From: an uncultured Gemmatimonadales bacterium
GTDB taxonomy: Bacteria > Gemmatimonadota > Gemmatimonadetes > Longimicrobiales > RSA9
DNA length: 64,000 nt
Direction: 5' to 3'
Assembly: GCA_963798845.1 (NCBI GenBank)
Contig: CAWCUS010000006.1
Coordinates: 288,001-352,000, forward strand
Positions within the stretch are counted from its first letter, which is position 1. Every line of letters starts with the position of its first letter. The notes below the pieces were generated by a model. That model was not told the origin of the DNA. It searched no databases and was given only the letters and a program-made list of their open reading frames with translations. The translations under genes and the position numbers were made by a program. Below are positions 1 to 9,609 of this stretch, in pieces.

Positions 1-403
1 CGGCGGGGGTGAATGCGTCGAGGACCGTCGGATCCCCGAGCTCCGTCTCGAGCAGACGACGGAGGGGTGCCGAGCGCCATCCGGCGGCCATGCGCTCGAG
101 CACCAGCACGGCCATACGCGGCGAATACCCGGTCGCCCGCGGAATCAGGCGCACCGCCTCCTCTCGCAGCGCATCGCCGCGATCCGTCAGGCGGGCGGCC
201 GCGGCATCGATCGCTTTCACGATACTCAGCACGGGCCGGTGGACGAGGTCGCGGCCGGCCTGTCTCGCGGCCCGGACCGTTGCTTCCAGGAGATCCGGCG
301 TGGGGTCGGGGTATGCGCACTCCAGGGTTCCCACTTCCAGCGAGCTCAGCGCCCCCGGCTCCACGCCGCGCGGCAGGCGAAACGCCCTGAAACTGTCGCT
401 CAT
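1..403 (-). CDS. Acyl-CoA reductase (LuxC-like), N-terminal part; runs off the window edge
   Basis: Hand translation from ATG at 403: MSDSFRAFRLPRGV...TGYSPRMAVLVLERMAAGWRSAPLRRLLETELGDPTVLDAF, open to position 1. ATGA overlap with the stop of the LuxE-like gene. Confidence 0.7.
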   Translation of the reverse strand, partial: MSDSFRAFRLPRGVEPGALSSLEVGTLECAYPDPTPDLLEATVRAARQAGRDLVHRPVLSIVKAIDAAAARLTDRGDALREEAVRLIPRATGYSPRMAVLVLERMAAGWRSAPLRRLLETELGDPTVLDAFTPA

Positions 404-1590
404 CCGCCTCCTCCGAGCAGCAGATCCATGGCCAGAGAGCACCCCCGCGGCGTCGCCCCGGGCACCCTGCCCTCCAGAACGATCCCGGATTCGTCCACCC
501 GGCCGAGGTCCTCCGTCTGCACCGCCAGCACGCTGCCGGCGTTGGCCAGGTCCACGTGGCGCAGCAGCCCCGTCTCGCCCGGCGGCAGCGGCGCGAGCGT
601 CTCCGGGCTCACGGCCACGCTCCGCAGCCACGGCGGCCCGCGTTTGCGGATCGCCTCGTCCAGCCGACCTCCGCTCTCCCCGGACCCGAGGACCGCATCT
701 CTCAGGCTGCGGTCGTAATACTGCGAGAGCAGCTCCGTCATGCCGTACTCGTTGACGCATGCGTGGGCCGGGAGGGCGAGCCGGTCGCGGTACGCCCTCC
801 GCATCTCCACCGGGGAGACCCGGCGTCCGGCGCCCTTGTAGCCGCCGGTGTCCATGAGTCGCGACCCTTCCGGAAGGTCGAGCCGACGTCCGCCCTGCGC
901 CAGCCTGTCGAGCCAGTGGATGTACGCGGACGTGGTCCCCAGCAGGAGCACAGGGCCTTCTCCCGTGCCACCCTTCACGCCGGCATCCTGTACGGCGCCG
1001 CCTTCCTCGCGGGACGGCGCCGGCCCACCCTCACCGTCGAGCGCGGCCTCGAGGGCGTCGAACTCCACGCCCGCCGCGTCGGCGTAGGCCGCGCTCCCGG
1101 GCCCGCCGAACGTTTCCAGGACGTCGGTGATCATGAACGCCAGCGAGGAGTCGGGGAGAACGTCCCGCGGCGGCATGAGGGAGAGAATTCGCGGGCGGAC
1201 GCCGTCCGGCAGGAGAAACGCCTCGAAGGTCGCACGGAGCGACGCCCGGTAGAGGCCGAGGTCCGGGACGTGGTGCTCGCCGCGGAGCTCGGGACCGCGC
1301 GTGGTGCCGCTGGTCCTGAACACCGCTTCCGCGGCGACGCCCGGCGCCGCAAGACGCAACGCCTTGAACGCGGCCGTGGGGACCGCGGGTATTTCGGTCC
1401 AGTGCTCCACGTCCCCGGGCGCCCGCCCGCGGGCACGGCAATACGCCGCGTACGGGGGCACCGCAGTGAAGCAGGAGAGGAACACCCTGAGCGCCAGCTC
1501 GTTGAAGGCTTCGTCGGCGAGCGGGGCGTCCACGCCCTGGAGGAACAACGCGGTCAGCTCGGCGGCGAGGGCCCGGTCAGGAGCGGGCAT
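400..1590 (-). CDS. LuxE-family acyl-protein synthetase (adenylate-forming)
   Basis: Motifs IPAVPTAAFK, FRTSGTT, MDTGGYKG, NEYGMTELLSQYY, QTEDLG and C-terminal RGCS with the acylated Cys. Confidence 0.88.
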   Translation of the reverse strand: MPAPDRALAAELTALFLQGVDAPLADEAFNELALRVFLSCFTAVPPYAAYCRARGRAPGDVEHWTEIPAVPTAAFKALRLAAPGVAAEAVFRTSGTTRGPELRGEHHVPDLGLYRASLRATFEAFLLPDGVRPRILSLMPPRDVLPDSSLAFMITDVLETFGGPGSAAYADAAGVEFDALEAALDGEGGPAPSREEGGAVQDAGVKGGTGEGPVLLLGTTSAYIHWLDRLAQGGRRLDLPEGSRLMDTGGYKGAGRRVSPVEMRRAYRDRLALPAHACVNEYGMTELLSQYYDRSLRDAVLGSGESGGRLDEAIRKRGPPWLRSVAVSPETLAPLPPGETGLLRHVDLANAGSVLAVQTEDLGRVDESGIVLEGRVPGATPRGCSLAMDLLLGGGG

Positions 1591-1596
1591 GGGCCC

Positions 1597-3132
1597 TCAG
1601 CGGGGGCGGGCCTCGAAAAACTCCTCGACGGCCATGGCGAATGTGGCGCCCTCGACGGAGTAGCGTCCGGCCAGGGGGGCGAGGAGGGCGAGCGTGCGCT
1701 CCGCCATGGCGCGGTAGCTGCGCTCGCCCGTGCGTCGGTAAAGATCGAGGAGCAGGCGTGAGGCCACCGAGTTCTCCTCGAACGGACGGTCGCGGAAGCG
1801 CAGCGCGCCGAGCGCCGGGATGTCGCGGGGGTGATCGGCGAAGCCGCCGCTCTCCTCCCACAGCGTCCGTTCCATGCGGGCGACGATTCGCTCCGCCCGC
1901 GCGAGGGCCCCCGGATCGTCCGTGGCCGCGGCCACCGCCACGCATGCCCGGGCGCCATGCAGCATGTCGAGCAGCAGTCCCGACGGAGGGTCGCCGCCGG
2001 GCACGCGATAGTGCCGCAGCGATTCCCCCTCGGGGACCTCCTCTCCGAGCTGGTCGAAAAACGCGGACAGCGCCGCACGGGCGCGCTCGGTCCAGTCATC
2101 GCGCCCGAGCCGGCGGCCCGCGTCCGCCAGCGACGCGATCCACATGGCGCACGAGTCGGCGTACACCGTGTCGTCCACCGGGGGCGGCTCCAGCGCCGCG
2201 CGCTCTTCGGCCGGCGCGGCGTAGTAGTCGGGGTCGGCCGCCTGGCTGCCCACCCACAGGCCGTCCCGCGCCAGCGTCTGGTCGGCCCACGCCACGGTCC
2301 GCTCCGCGGCAGCCAGCCAGTCGTCCCGTTCGCGGGCGGCAGCGCCGAACGCGAACGCGCCCAGCGCGCGCGCATTGATCGAGAGCAGCTTCTCGGTCTG
2401 GGGGCGCGTCCAGTCCGGCTCCAGGGCGTAGTGGAAGAAGCCGCCCGCGGCCCGATCCTCGATCTCGCCCGCGATCATCCCGTCGAGCGTGCGCTCCGCG
2501 ATCAGCGCCCAGTCCGGGTTGTCCGCGCGCTCCCCCTGTGTGAACAGCAGCTCCACGGCCTCTGCGTGGATGAACTTCGGGGCGTCACCGAAGCCGCCGT
2601 TTCGGGTGTCGAACTGCTGTTCGGCGCCCATGAGGACGTCATCCGCCGGTTCCCGCCGGATGATGCCGATCGCGGGGCGCCGGGAGCGAGCGGCTTCCAT
2701 CGCTTTTCGCCGCCGGACAATCTCCTGCTCCAGCTCCGCGCGGCGGTCGCGCCAGCCGTCCAGCACGCCGCGAGCAACGCGCCGCATCTCCTGCGCGGAG
2801 ACGTACGTCCCGGACCAGAAGACCTCGCCCGTGGGCGCCAGGAACGCGCATGTCGGCCAGCCACCGGAGATGTATCGCTCCTGGATATGCGGGTTGCGGT
2901 CCGCGTCCACCCGCACCGGCACCACCTCCTCGTTCAGCAGGCGGATCACGCCCGGGTCGGAGAGGGTGGTCTCGTCCAGCTCCTGGCACGAACGGCACCA
3001 GCGGGTGGTGAGGATGAGAAGGAGCGGACGCTCCGACTTCGTCGCCTCCTCGAACGCCGCAGGCGTCCAGTGTCGCCAGTGGATCTCGGCAGCCCGGTTC
3101 GGTCTCGGTGAGAAGCGGAAAGGTTCGGCCAT
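1597..3132 (-). CDS. Thioredoxin-domain/DUF255 (YyaL-like) protein with alpha/alpha-barrel domain
   Basis: IHWRHW...WCRSC, GGWPT, FD...GGFGDAPKF, GGFFHY. Start placed at MAEPFRF (3132). Confidence 0.85.
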   Translation of the reverse strand: MAEPFRFSPRPNRAAEIHWRHWTPAAFEEATKSERPLLLILTTRWCRSCQELDETTLSDPGVIRLLNEEVVPVRVDADRNPHIQERYISGGWPTCAFLAPTGEVFWSGTYVSAQEMRRVARGVLDGWRDRRAELEQEIVRRRKAMEAARSRRPAIGIIRREPADDVLMGAEQQFDTRNGGFGDAPKFIHAEAVELLFTQGERADNPDWALIAERTLDGMIAGEIEDRAAGGFFHYALEPDWTRPQTEKLLSINARALGAFAFGAAARERDDWLAAAERTVAWADQTLARDGLWVGSQAADPDYYAAPAEERAALEPPPVDDTVYADSCAMWIASLADAGRRLGRDDWTERARAALSAFFDQLGEEVPEGESLRHYRVPGGDPPSGLLLDMLHGARACVAVAAATDDPGALARAERIVARMERTLWEESGGFADHPRDIPALGALRFRDRPFEENSVASRLLLDLYRRTGERSYRAMAERTLALLAPLAGRYSVEGATFAMAVEEFFEARPR

Positions 3133-3175
3133 GGTGGCATGCACCATAAAGGAAAACGTGACGCCAGGCCAGCGC

Positions 3176-3790
3176 TCATGGGACGCGGAAGCGACCGCTC
3201 CTCGCTTCGTACCGCCGCGCAGGGAGATCAAGCACGCGGATGAGCAGCCGCTTGAGGCCCGTCCCCACGGCGCCCGGCACCGACCCCTCCCCCTGGACTG
3301 CGGGGCCAAGGTCGCCGCGGAGCCAGCGCTCCAGCTCGTCCAGGTCCGAAAGCGAAAGGGTCTCCACCTCGAGGAGGGCGATGTAGTAGTACCGTCCCCC
3401 TCGGTCGGGCACGAGCCGCGGACGGTACACCGTCTCCAGCGAGCCCCGCGCCGCTTCGAACGAGGGGTAGCTGGCCAGCGAATCGTCCCCTTCCTGCCCC
3501 GCCACGAACCGTCGGCCCAATGGCTCGTACGCCAGCACGGCGCTCCACGTCACGTCCCCGACCAGGTGGTCGAACAGCTGGTCGCGCCACAGCTCGAGCC
3601 TGAACTGAAGCCGGAGCGGCAGGCCGGAGCGCACCGCGCTCTCGAGCGCCTGGTCCCGCAGCACTCCCTGCATCACCACGCGCGGAGCGCGGTCCTCCAC
3701 GGAAACCGCCAGGGGAGCCTGGGCGGCGATGGGCACGACCCAGGCGAGGGCGGCCGCTGCAGCCGCGAAGACCGGGCCCCGGATGCTCAA
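3176..3790 (-). CDS. DUF4390-like exported protein
   Basis: TTG start overlapping the upstream stop, signal-like N-terminus, ALESAVRSGLPLRLQFRLELWR segment. DUF4390 genes commonly accompany NtrY/NtrX. Confidence 0.55.
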   Translation of the reverse strand: MSIRGPVFAAAAAALAWVVPIAAQAPLAVSVEDRAPRVVMQGVLRDQALESAVRSGLPLRLQFRLELWRDQLFDHLVGDVTWSAVLAYEPLGRRFVAGQEGDDSLASYPSFEAARGSLETVYRPRLVPDRGGRYYYIALLEVETLSLSDLDELERWLRGDLGPAVQGEGSVPGAVGTGLKRLLIRVLDLPARRYEARSGRFRVP

Positions 3791-5472
3791 AGTCGTGGGC
3801 CGAGCCTGACGAAGAAGTTGACTCCGGTGTTCCCGCCGGAGAGGGGAACGGCGAGGTAGAAGCCCACCGGGCCCGCCCGGATCCCCAGGCCGGCGTCGTA
3901 GCGCAGGTCGGACGGGCCGGTGGCGACCCGGCGCCCCAGCGACTCCGCTTCGATCCACCCGCGCCCGGCGTCGGCGAAGAGCACCAGCTCGGGCGTGGTG
4001 AAGAGATCGAAGTCCAGCCCGAGCGACCGGCCGAGGGCAACTCCTGGGAAGAGTGCGAATCTCATCTCGGCTTGCAGGAGCACCGCGCGGTCGCACCCGT
4101 AGTAGGGGAAGTGCCCCTCCACCATCGCCCCGGCCGCACGAGCGCCGCAGTCGAACTGCAGCTGCCGGTATCCCGGCAGGGAGCCCTCGCCGCCCAGCGC
4201 GTGCTGTCGCTGCGGCGGGAGCGCGCCGTCGTCCGGCGACCCCGTGGCCAGCGCATGCAGCGCCAGCCGCGTCCGGGGACCGACCCGGTAGTAGCGGCGC
4301 GCGTCGATGGTGACGCTGGTGAACTCGGCGCCGAACGGCGTTTCCTCCAGAGCCGGCAGCGGGCCGACGACCCGGGGATCCACGGTGGTGTACTCGAGCT
4401 CCCCTTCCAGCCCCTGCTCCACCTCGACCCGGACGAGCCACCCGGTCGACGGATCGGCCCGGTCGTTGCGCGTGTCCCACTGGAGCCAGCCACGCACGCT
4501 GCGGAGCGACCCCTCGGCCATTTCCGGCTCGGGGCGCCAGTCCTCGTCGTTGCCGAGCAGCGCCCACGGCGTCCCGGGCTCGGTCGTCCCCTGCTCCTCG
4601 TCGCGGTACTCAACGCCCGCCTCGTACGGGCGCGTCCTCCCGACGAAGTGGAGGTAGGCGCTCCAACCCCGGCGGCCGTAATGGTCCCGGTAGTCCTCGT
4701 GGGTGACGAAGGTGGACAGCGAGTTCTCGAGATCGGTCAGGCCCCGGCGCTCGATCGGCTCGATCAGGTTGTAGGAGCTGAGCCCGAGCGCCATGCTGCG
4801 GTGCCCGCCGAGGTACTGCTCCACCAGGATCCGGTGGCCGAAGTCGTCGGGATGGATCCGGAATCCGTTCCGCGTACGGTAGATCGCGACGGCCTGCACC
4901 ACCGTCGGGTTGGAGCGGCCCAGCTCGAGCCGTGGCCCGAACGCGATCGGCAGCCCCTCGACCCGGTTGTACGACTCCTGCGCGGCCAGGATCAGGTCCA
5001 GCCGCCCGAACTCGGTGGACCACCCTCTGAGCCAAGACTGGCGCGCCGGGCCGAGCGCCACGAGTCGGCCGCTTTCCCGGCGGAAGCGGAGCACATCGCC
5101 ATAGCGGACCACGCCGCCCGCCACACTGGCGGTGTCCCCCGTGAGCTCGCCGCCCACCACGATGAGCGACCCCTCGATCCGCCCGCCCGGCAGCAGCACC
5201 GCGTCGCCGTTGATCACCACCACGTCACCCGCCACCACGCCGGCGACGGCGAAGGGGCCGCCCACGGAAGCCACGTCGCCCTGGACGGTGGCGCCCTCGG
5301 CCACCCGCGTCGGCCCCTCCACCCGCGTGGTCGTGGGCCGGTTGTAGAACGCGGCTACCTGACGGGCTGCCTGTTCGGTCAGGGGCCGGAGCTCCGGGGC
5401 GGGCTCCTGCGCGGAAAGCGGCAGCGCCCCCGCGAGCAGGGGGATGGCGAACCAGCTGATGTGTCTCACCAT
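3787..5472 (-). CDS. Outer-membrane beta-barrel protein (Omp85/TamA-like barrel) with N-terminal VxGDV repeat domain
   Basis: Signal peptide; repeats VQGDVASVGG/VAGDVVVINGD; barrel motifs YNRVEG, WDTRND, LGGEGSLPGY, FADAGRGW, DAGLG. Confidence 0.7.
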   Translation of the reverse strand: MVRHISWFAIPLLAGALPLSAQEPAPELRPLTEQAARQVAAFYNRPTTTRVEGPTRVAEGATVQGDVASVGGPFAVAGVVAGDVVVINGDAVLLPGGRIEGSLIVVGGELTGDTASVAGGVVRYGDVLRFRRESGRLVALGPARQSWLRGWSTEFGRLDLILAAQESYNRVEGLPIAFGPRLELGRSNPTVVQAVAIYRTRNGFRIHPDDFGHRILVEQYLGGHRSMALGLSSYNLIEPIERRGLTDLENSLSTFVTHEDYRDHYGRRGWSAYLHFVGRTRPYEAGVEYRDEEQGTTEPGTPWALLGNDEDWRPEPEMAEGSLRSVRGWLQWDTRNDRADPSTGWLVRVEVEQGLEGELEYTTVDPRVVGPLPALEETPFGAEFTSVTIDARRYYRVGPRTRLALHALATGSPDDGALPPQRQHALGGEGSLPGYRQLQFDCGARAAGAMVEGHFPYYGCDRAVLLQAEMRFALFPGVALGRSLGLDFDLFTTPELVLFADAGRGWIEAESLGRRVATGPSDLRYDAGLGIRAGPVGFYLAVPLSGGNTGVNFFVRLGPRL

Positions 5473-6779
5473 TCGATTCCCAGTCGTTTCATGCGTCGGT
5501 ACAGGTTGGCTCGGTCGGTTTCCAGCAGCCTTGCCGCTTCGGCCACGGTGCGGCCCGCCTGCAGCGCGGCTTCGATCTCCCTCAGCTCGAAAGCGTCCAG
5601 GCGCTCACTCAGACCGCCCCCCGCCAGCCCCGCGGTCGGGAACAGCTCCGTCACCTCCGCTGCGCCCACCGTGCTCCCTCCGTGCAGGATCGCGAGCCGC
5701 TCGCACACGTTCGCCAGCTCGCGCACGTTGCCGGGCCACGGATACCTCCCCAGCACGGCCATGGCGCTCGTGTCGAGCAGGGGCGGCTCCAGCCCCTCGC
5801 GCTGCCGCAGCCGCTGATGGATGCGAGCGACCAGGTCGCCCAGGTCGCCCGGTCGCTCCCGGAGCGGCGGGATGTGGATCGGCACCACGTTGAGGCGATA
5901 GAAGAGGTCGCTCCGGAACCCGCCGGCGTCGCGGGCATCCGCCAGGTCCCGGTTCGTCGCCGCGACCACCCGCACGTCCACCGCCAGGGTGCGGCTGGCT
6001 CCGACGCGTTGCACTTCGCCGCTCTCCAGCGCCCGCAGCAGCTTCGACTGTGCGTCGAGGCTCAGGTCGGCCACTTCGTCCAGGAACAGCGTGCCGCCAT
6101 CCGCCTGCTCGAACCGGCCCCGGCGCCGGCTCGTCGCACCCGTGAAGGACCCGCGCTCGTGCCCGAACATCTCGGACTCGACGAGGTCGCGCGGGATCGC
6201 CGCGCTGTTCACCCGGATGAACGGCCGGCGGCGTCGCGGCGAGAGGTGGTGGATCGCCGATGCCACCAGCTCCTTCCCGGTCCCGCTCTCGCCCGTGATC
6301 AGGACCCGTGCGTCCGTGGGCGCCGCCTGCCGCACCCGCTCGCGAACACGCTCCATCGCCGCGGACGCGCCCACGATGTCGTCCAGCGACACCGGAGCTG
6401 ACGTCCGCTCCCTTGCCCGCCGCAGCTCCACCGCCCCGCTCACGGTGGCCAGCACCGCTTCCGGGCCGAGCGGCTTCTCGATGAAGTGGAAGGCGCCCAG
6501 GCGAGTCGCCTCCACGGCATCCTGGAGGGTTGCGCGCCCGCTCATCATCACGACCGGGATGATCGGGCGGCGCTCAGTCAGCTGGCGCAGCGCGGCCAGC
6601 CCGTCCAGCCGGGGCATGGAGAGATCGAGCAGAACGACGTCCGGGTCCTCGGTGACAGCGCGCTCCACTCCCGCGGCGCCGTCCTCCGCCTCCGCAACCT
6701 CATAGCCCTCCGCTTCCAGGAGGCCGCGCAGCATCCTCCGGATGTTTGATTCGTCGTCGACGACGAGGATGGAGGGCAT
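5466..6779 (-). CDS. Sigma-54-dependent response regulator (NtrC/NtrX family)
   Basis: Receiver ILVVDDE...LLDLSMP; AAA+ GESGTGKE, GSFTGA, LFLDEV, WPGNVREL; C-terminal HTH. Confidence 0.95.
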   Translation of the reverse strand: MPSILVVDDESNIRRMLRGLLEAEGYEVAEAEDGAAGVERAVTEDPDVVLLDLSMPRLDGLAALRQLTERRPIIPVVMMSGRATLQDAVEATRLGAFHFIEKPLGPEAVLATVSGAVELRRARERTSAPVSLDDIVGASAAMERVRERVRQAAPTDARVLITGESGTGKELVASAIHHLSPRRRRPFIRVNSAAIPRDLVESEMFGHERGSFTGATSRRRGRFEQADGGTLFLDEVADLSLDAQSKLLRALESGEVQRVGASRTLAVDVRVVAATNRDLADARDAGGFRSDLFYRLNVVPIHIPPLRERPGDLGDLVARIHQRLRQREGLEPPLLDTSAMAVLGRYPWPGNVRELANVCERLAILHGGSTVGAAEVTELFPTAGLAGGGLSERLDAFELREIEAALQAGRTVAEAARLLETDRANLYRRMKRLGIEW

Positions 6780-6793
6780 GGGCGTCGATCAGG

Positions 6794-7510
6794 TCATTCC
6801 CGGCGGCCGGCCACCAGGTGCGCGTGCACCACCGTGCCCACCGCCGTCTGCTCGGTGGTCGCGCTCCGGCAGTACAGACGCGCTTCCGGGCCGTAGAACA
6901 GGCGCATCCCGTCGGACGCCGATGGCGCGGTCGCGGCGTCGCCGCAATCGAGAGCGTCGAAGAACCCGGGCGCCAGCATCAGGGCCACGCTGTCACCCAC
7001 GGCCGGCGATGGGACTGCCACGGCAATGACCACCGCCGCGGTAGGATCCACGTCCGTGGCCACGTATTCGAGGAGCTTGCCCACGATGGCGCGGGCGTGG
7101 CTGGCCTCGTCGACGCGGAAGGAAAGCAGGTCGAGGTAGCGATGGTCGGCGATGTCGTAGAGCGCGTCCAGCACGCGGTACGACCCGCCCGTGTACGTCA
7201 GGTCGATCACGGTGTCGCCCACTGGCTTCATCGCCAGGAACGCCAGCCCCACGTCGCCCGCCTGCGCGGGACCGCTCAGCGTCAGACCGGTCTCCCGTGC
7301 GACGCCCGCGTACCAGGTGCTGTCCGTGGGCCCGATCATGAACGCGGCCTTCGGCGACGCCTCCGCGAGCACAGCGGCCACCTCCCCGGCCGACGCACCC
7401 GCCCCCACCCGGACGGCGACGGTGGGAACGGAAATGTCCTTTGGCCCCCCCATGTTGGCAGAGCATCCGGCCAGCACCAGGCCGACGATGATCGGAAGCT
7501 GGGTTCTCAT
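6794..7510 (-). CDS. Hypothetical lipoprotein
   Basis: Lipobox LVLAGC after a hydrophobic N-terminus; 4-bp overlap with the kinase stop. Confidence 0.7.
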   Translation of the reverse strand: MRTQLPIIVGLVLAGCSANMGGPKDISVPTVAVRVGAGASAGEVAAVLAEASPKAAFMIGPTDSTWYAGVARETGLTLSGPAQAGDVGLAFLAMKPVGDTVIDLTYTGGSYRVLDALYDIADHRYLDLLSFRVDEASHARAIVGKLLEYVATDVDPTAAVVIAVAVPSPAVGDSVALMLAPGFFDALDCGDAATAPSASDGMRLFYGPEARLYCRSATTEQTAVGTVVHAHLVAGRRE

Positions 7511-8820
7511 ACAGTTCTCTCCGTCTCCGCGGTGGCGGGCTCGGTGGCAGGGAGCCGCACCATCAGCTCCGCGCCGCGCTCGAGGTCGCGCGCGAAGACG
7601 TCGCCACCATCCGCGCGTACGGCCTGCCGGACGAGCGCCAGGCCAAGGCCGGTCCCGCGCTTTTTCGTCGTGAAGTCCGGCTCGAAGATCCGGTCTGCCT
7701 CACCCGCCGGCAACCCGGGTCCGGTATCCGCGATGCGAACGTCGAGCCACCGCCCTCCGCCCGATGTCCCGATCGCGACCGTGAGACGCGCTTCCGACGA
7801 CGCGTCCATCGCCTCCACGGCGTTCCGGATCAGGTTCCTGAAGGCGCGCACCAGGGCGTCGTAGTGGCCACGCACCAGAGGGAGGGCGTCCGGCGCCTCG
7901 ATCCGTACCTCCACCCGTTCCGGTACGTCCGTCTCCAGTAGCCCCGCGATGAGCTCATGCAGCGCCACGTCGGTCTTCGGACCCTCTGACGGACGGCCGA
8001 GCGCGCTGAACTGCGCCGCCAGCTCCTCCAGTCGGCCCACTTCCTCACCGATCACTTCCACGGCCTCCCGCAGCGATTCGTCCGTCTCCGACGCCCGCCG
8101 CAGCCGGTGCGCCGCCAGCCGCAGCGGCGTGAGCGGGTTCTTCATCTCGTGCGCCACTCGCCGCGCCATTTCCCCCCAGACGCGGACCCGCTCCGTGGCC
8201 AGCGCGCGGACCCGCGCGGCGGCGAGCCTGTCGCTGGCGTCGCGCAGCGCCCGATCCAGGAGCCTCACCTCCCGGACCGATCGCGTGGACGCCGGCGGCA
8301 GGGGCTCCTCGCGCCCCAGGTGCTCCGCCACCATGACGAGGTCCTGGATCGGCCGGGCCAGCTCGCGGGCCAGCCGGCGGCTCACCCACGCGGCCAGCGC
8401 CGTGAGCACCAGCGCCACGGCTATGGTGAGCCACGGAAGGGCGTGCTGGAAACGGTCGCCCAGGAACGCCCACCGGCGTGCCTGGGTGAGGGATTCGGAC
8501 AGGACCGCGCGGTGCGCCGCTGCGGCCGCCACCAGCGCGGAATCGTCGGAGGCGCTCGCCAGGTCCAGCACGTTACGGCCGGTGTGAGCCACGGCCTCCC
8601 ACGGACCCAGCACCCCCGTCACTCCGAGCGAAGTTCCCAGCGCATAGCCGCCAGCGGCCAGCAGCACCAGCGCGGGCACCACGGTAAGGGCGAGCACCCA
8701 CGTGAAGATCCGGCGCTCCAGCGTGCGCTCCCGGCGGAGCACGACCCGGCGGCCCGGCGGGGCCGGATCGCCGCTCGGGAAGGTAGGGTATCGAGAAGAG
8801 GGTGGCACGGTTCCGGCCAT
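7507..8820 (-). CDS. Membrane sensor histidine kinase (NtrY-like)
   Basis: Two TM segments, HAMP-like region, H-box AHEMKNPLTP, NLIRNAVEA, DTGPG, FEPDFTTK, GTGLGL. Start uncertain (8820 or 8856). Confidence 0.92.
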   Translation of the reverse strand: MAGTVPPSSRYPTFPSGDPAPPGRRVVLRRERTLERRIFTWVLALTVVPALVLLAAGGYALGTSLGVTGVLGPWEAVAHTGRNVLDLASASDDSALVAAAAAHRAVLSESLTQARRWAFLGDRFQHALPWLTIAVALVLTALAAWVSRRLARELARPIQDLVMVAEHLGREEPLPPASTRSVREVRLLDRALRDASDRLAAARVRALATERVRVWGEMARRVAHEMKNPLTPLRLAAHRLRRASETDESLREAVEVIGEEVGRLEELAAQFSALGRPSEGPKTDVALHELIAGLLETDVPERVEVRIEAPDALPLVRGHYDALVRAFRNLIRNAVEAMDASSEARLTVAIGTSGGGRWLDVRIADTGPGLPAGEADRIFEPDFTTKKRGTGLGLALVRQAVRADGGDVFARDLERGAELMVRLPATEPATAETERTV

Positions 8821-8879
8821 GGACTGCAACGTAGAGACGCGTTCGGGACCGATCAAGTCGCGCAGGAAAGGAGGAATTC

Positions 8880-9587
8880 GTGATCCTGCCCAATGTGCGC
8901 GCGTCGTTCGGACGGGCCGAGGCCGGCCTCATCACAGGCCTGCTCGCCGGCGAAGATGGCAAGGCACGCGATCGCCTCTCCGATCGGCTCAGGGACGAAG
9001 GCTTCGACGGGATCCTCGACGACCCCCGCACCCTCAATGCGGCCCTGACCGCCCGCACGGACATCGGGCAGCCGCTCCTCTTCTACCTGCTGGTGCGGCA
9101 CGCCCTCCTCGAGGCGGGCATCGACGACCGCACCCTCGCCGACTACATCGCCGCCGTCCTCATCTCCTTCGGCCACGAGGACCGCGCCCTTCGCATCGCC
9201 CACGGGGATGCGGACCGCTTTCTCTACCTGGTCGACCTGGTGGCCGCCGCCGACTCGCCGGACGGTCGCCGCCAGTTCCTCGTCCGGGCACACCTGGGCA
9301 ATTACGCGCTCTGGCTCAGCGGCATCTTCCCCGACTACGTCGCCGCCCGCGTCCAGCGACACGGCGCGCCGGGGCTCGACTATTTCGAGGCGATGGGCGC
9401 CAGCGGCTATCGCCTCGCCGCAGATACGGACCTTGCCGCCCGCCACGGGCTGACTCCCGTGCTCCGCACCGCCGCCGAGGCGTTCACCGATCTCCGCGTC
9501 GCGCTGAATCACATCTCGGATCGCTACCTGTTTCCGAACCCCGGCTCGGTCGAGCGCCTGCTCCGCCAGGTCGTCGATGGACCATGA
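8880..9587 (+). CDS. Conserved hypothetical protein
   Basis: Good RBS (AAAGGAGG) before GTG; host-like codon usage; helical protein with HLGNYALWLSGIFPD. Confidence 0.75.
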   Translation: MILPNVRASFGRAEAGLITGLLAGEDGKARDRLSDRLRDEGFDGILDDPRTLNAALTARTDIGQPLLFYLLVRHALLEAGIDDRTLADYIAAVLISFGHEDRALRIAHGDADRFLYLVDLVAAADSPDGRRQFLVRAHLGNYALWLSGIFPDYVAARVQRHGAPGLDYFEAMGASGYRLAADTDLAARHGLTPVLRTAAEAFTDLRVALNHISDRYLFPNPGSVERLLRQVVDGP

Positions 9588-9609
9588 GACGCGGCGACCG
9601 GGCGGGTCG

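Noticed and set aside
1..1590. Bioluminescence operon
   Set aside because: No luxA, luxB or luxD in the window; LuxC/LuxE homologs also occur in non-luminous bacteria.
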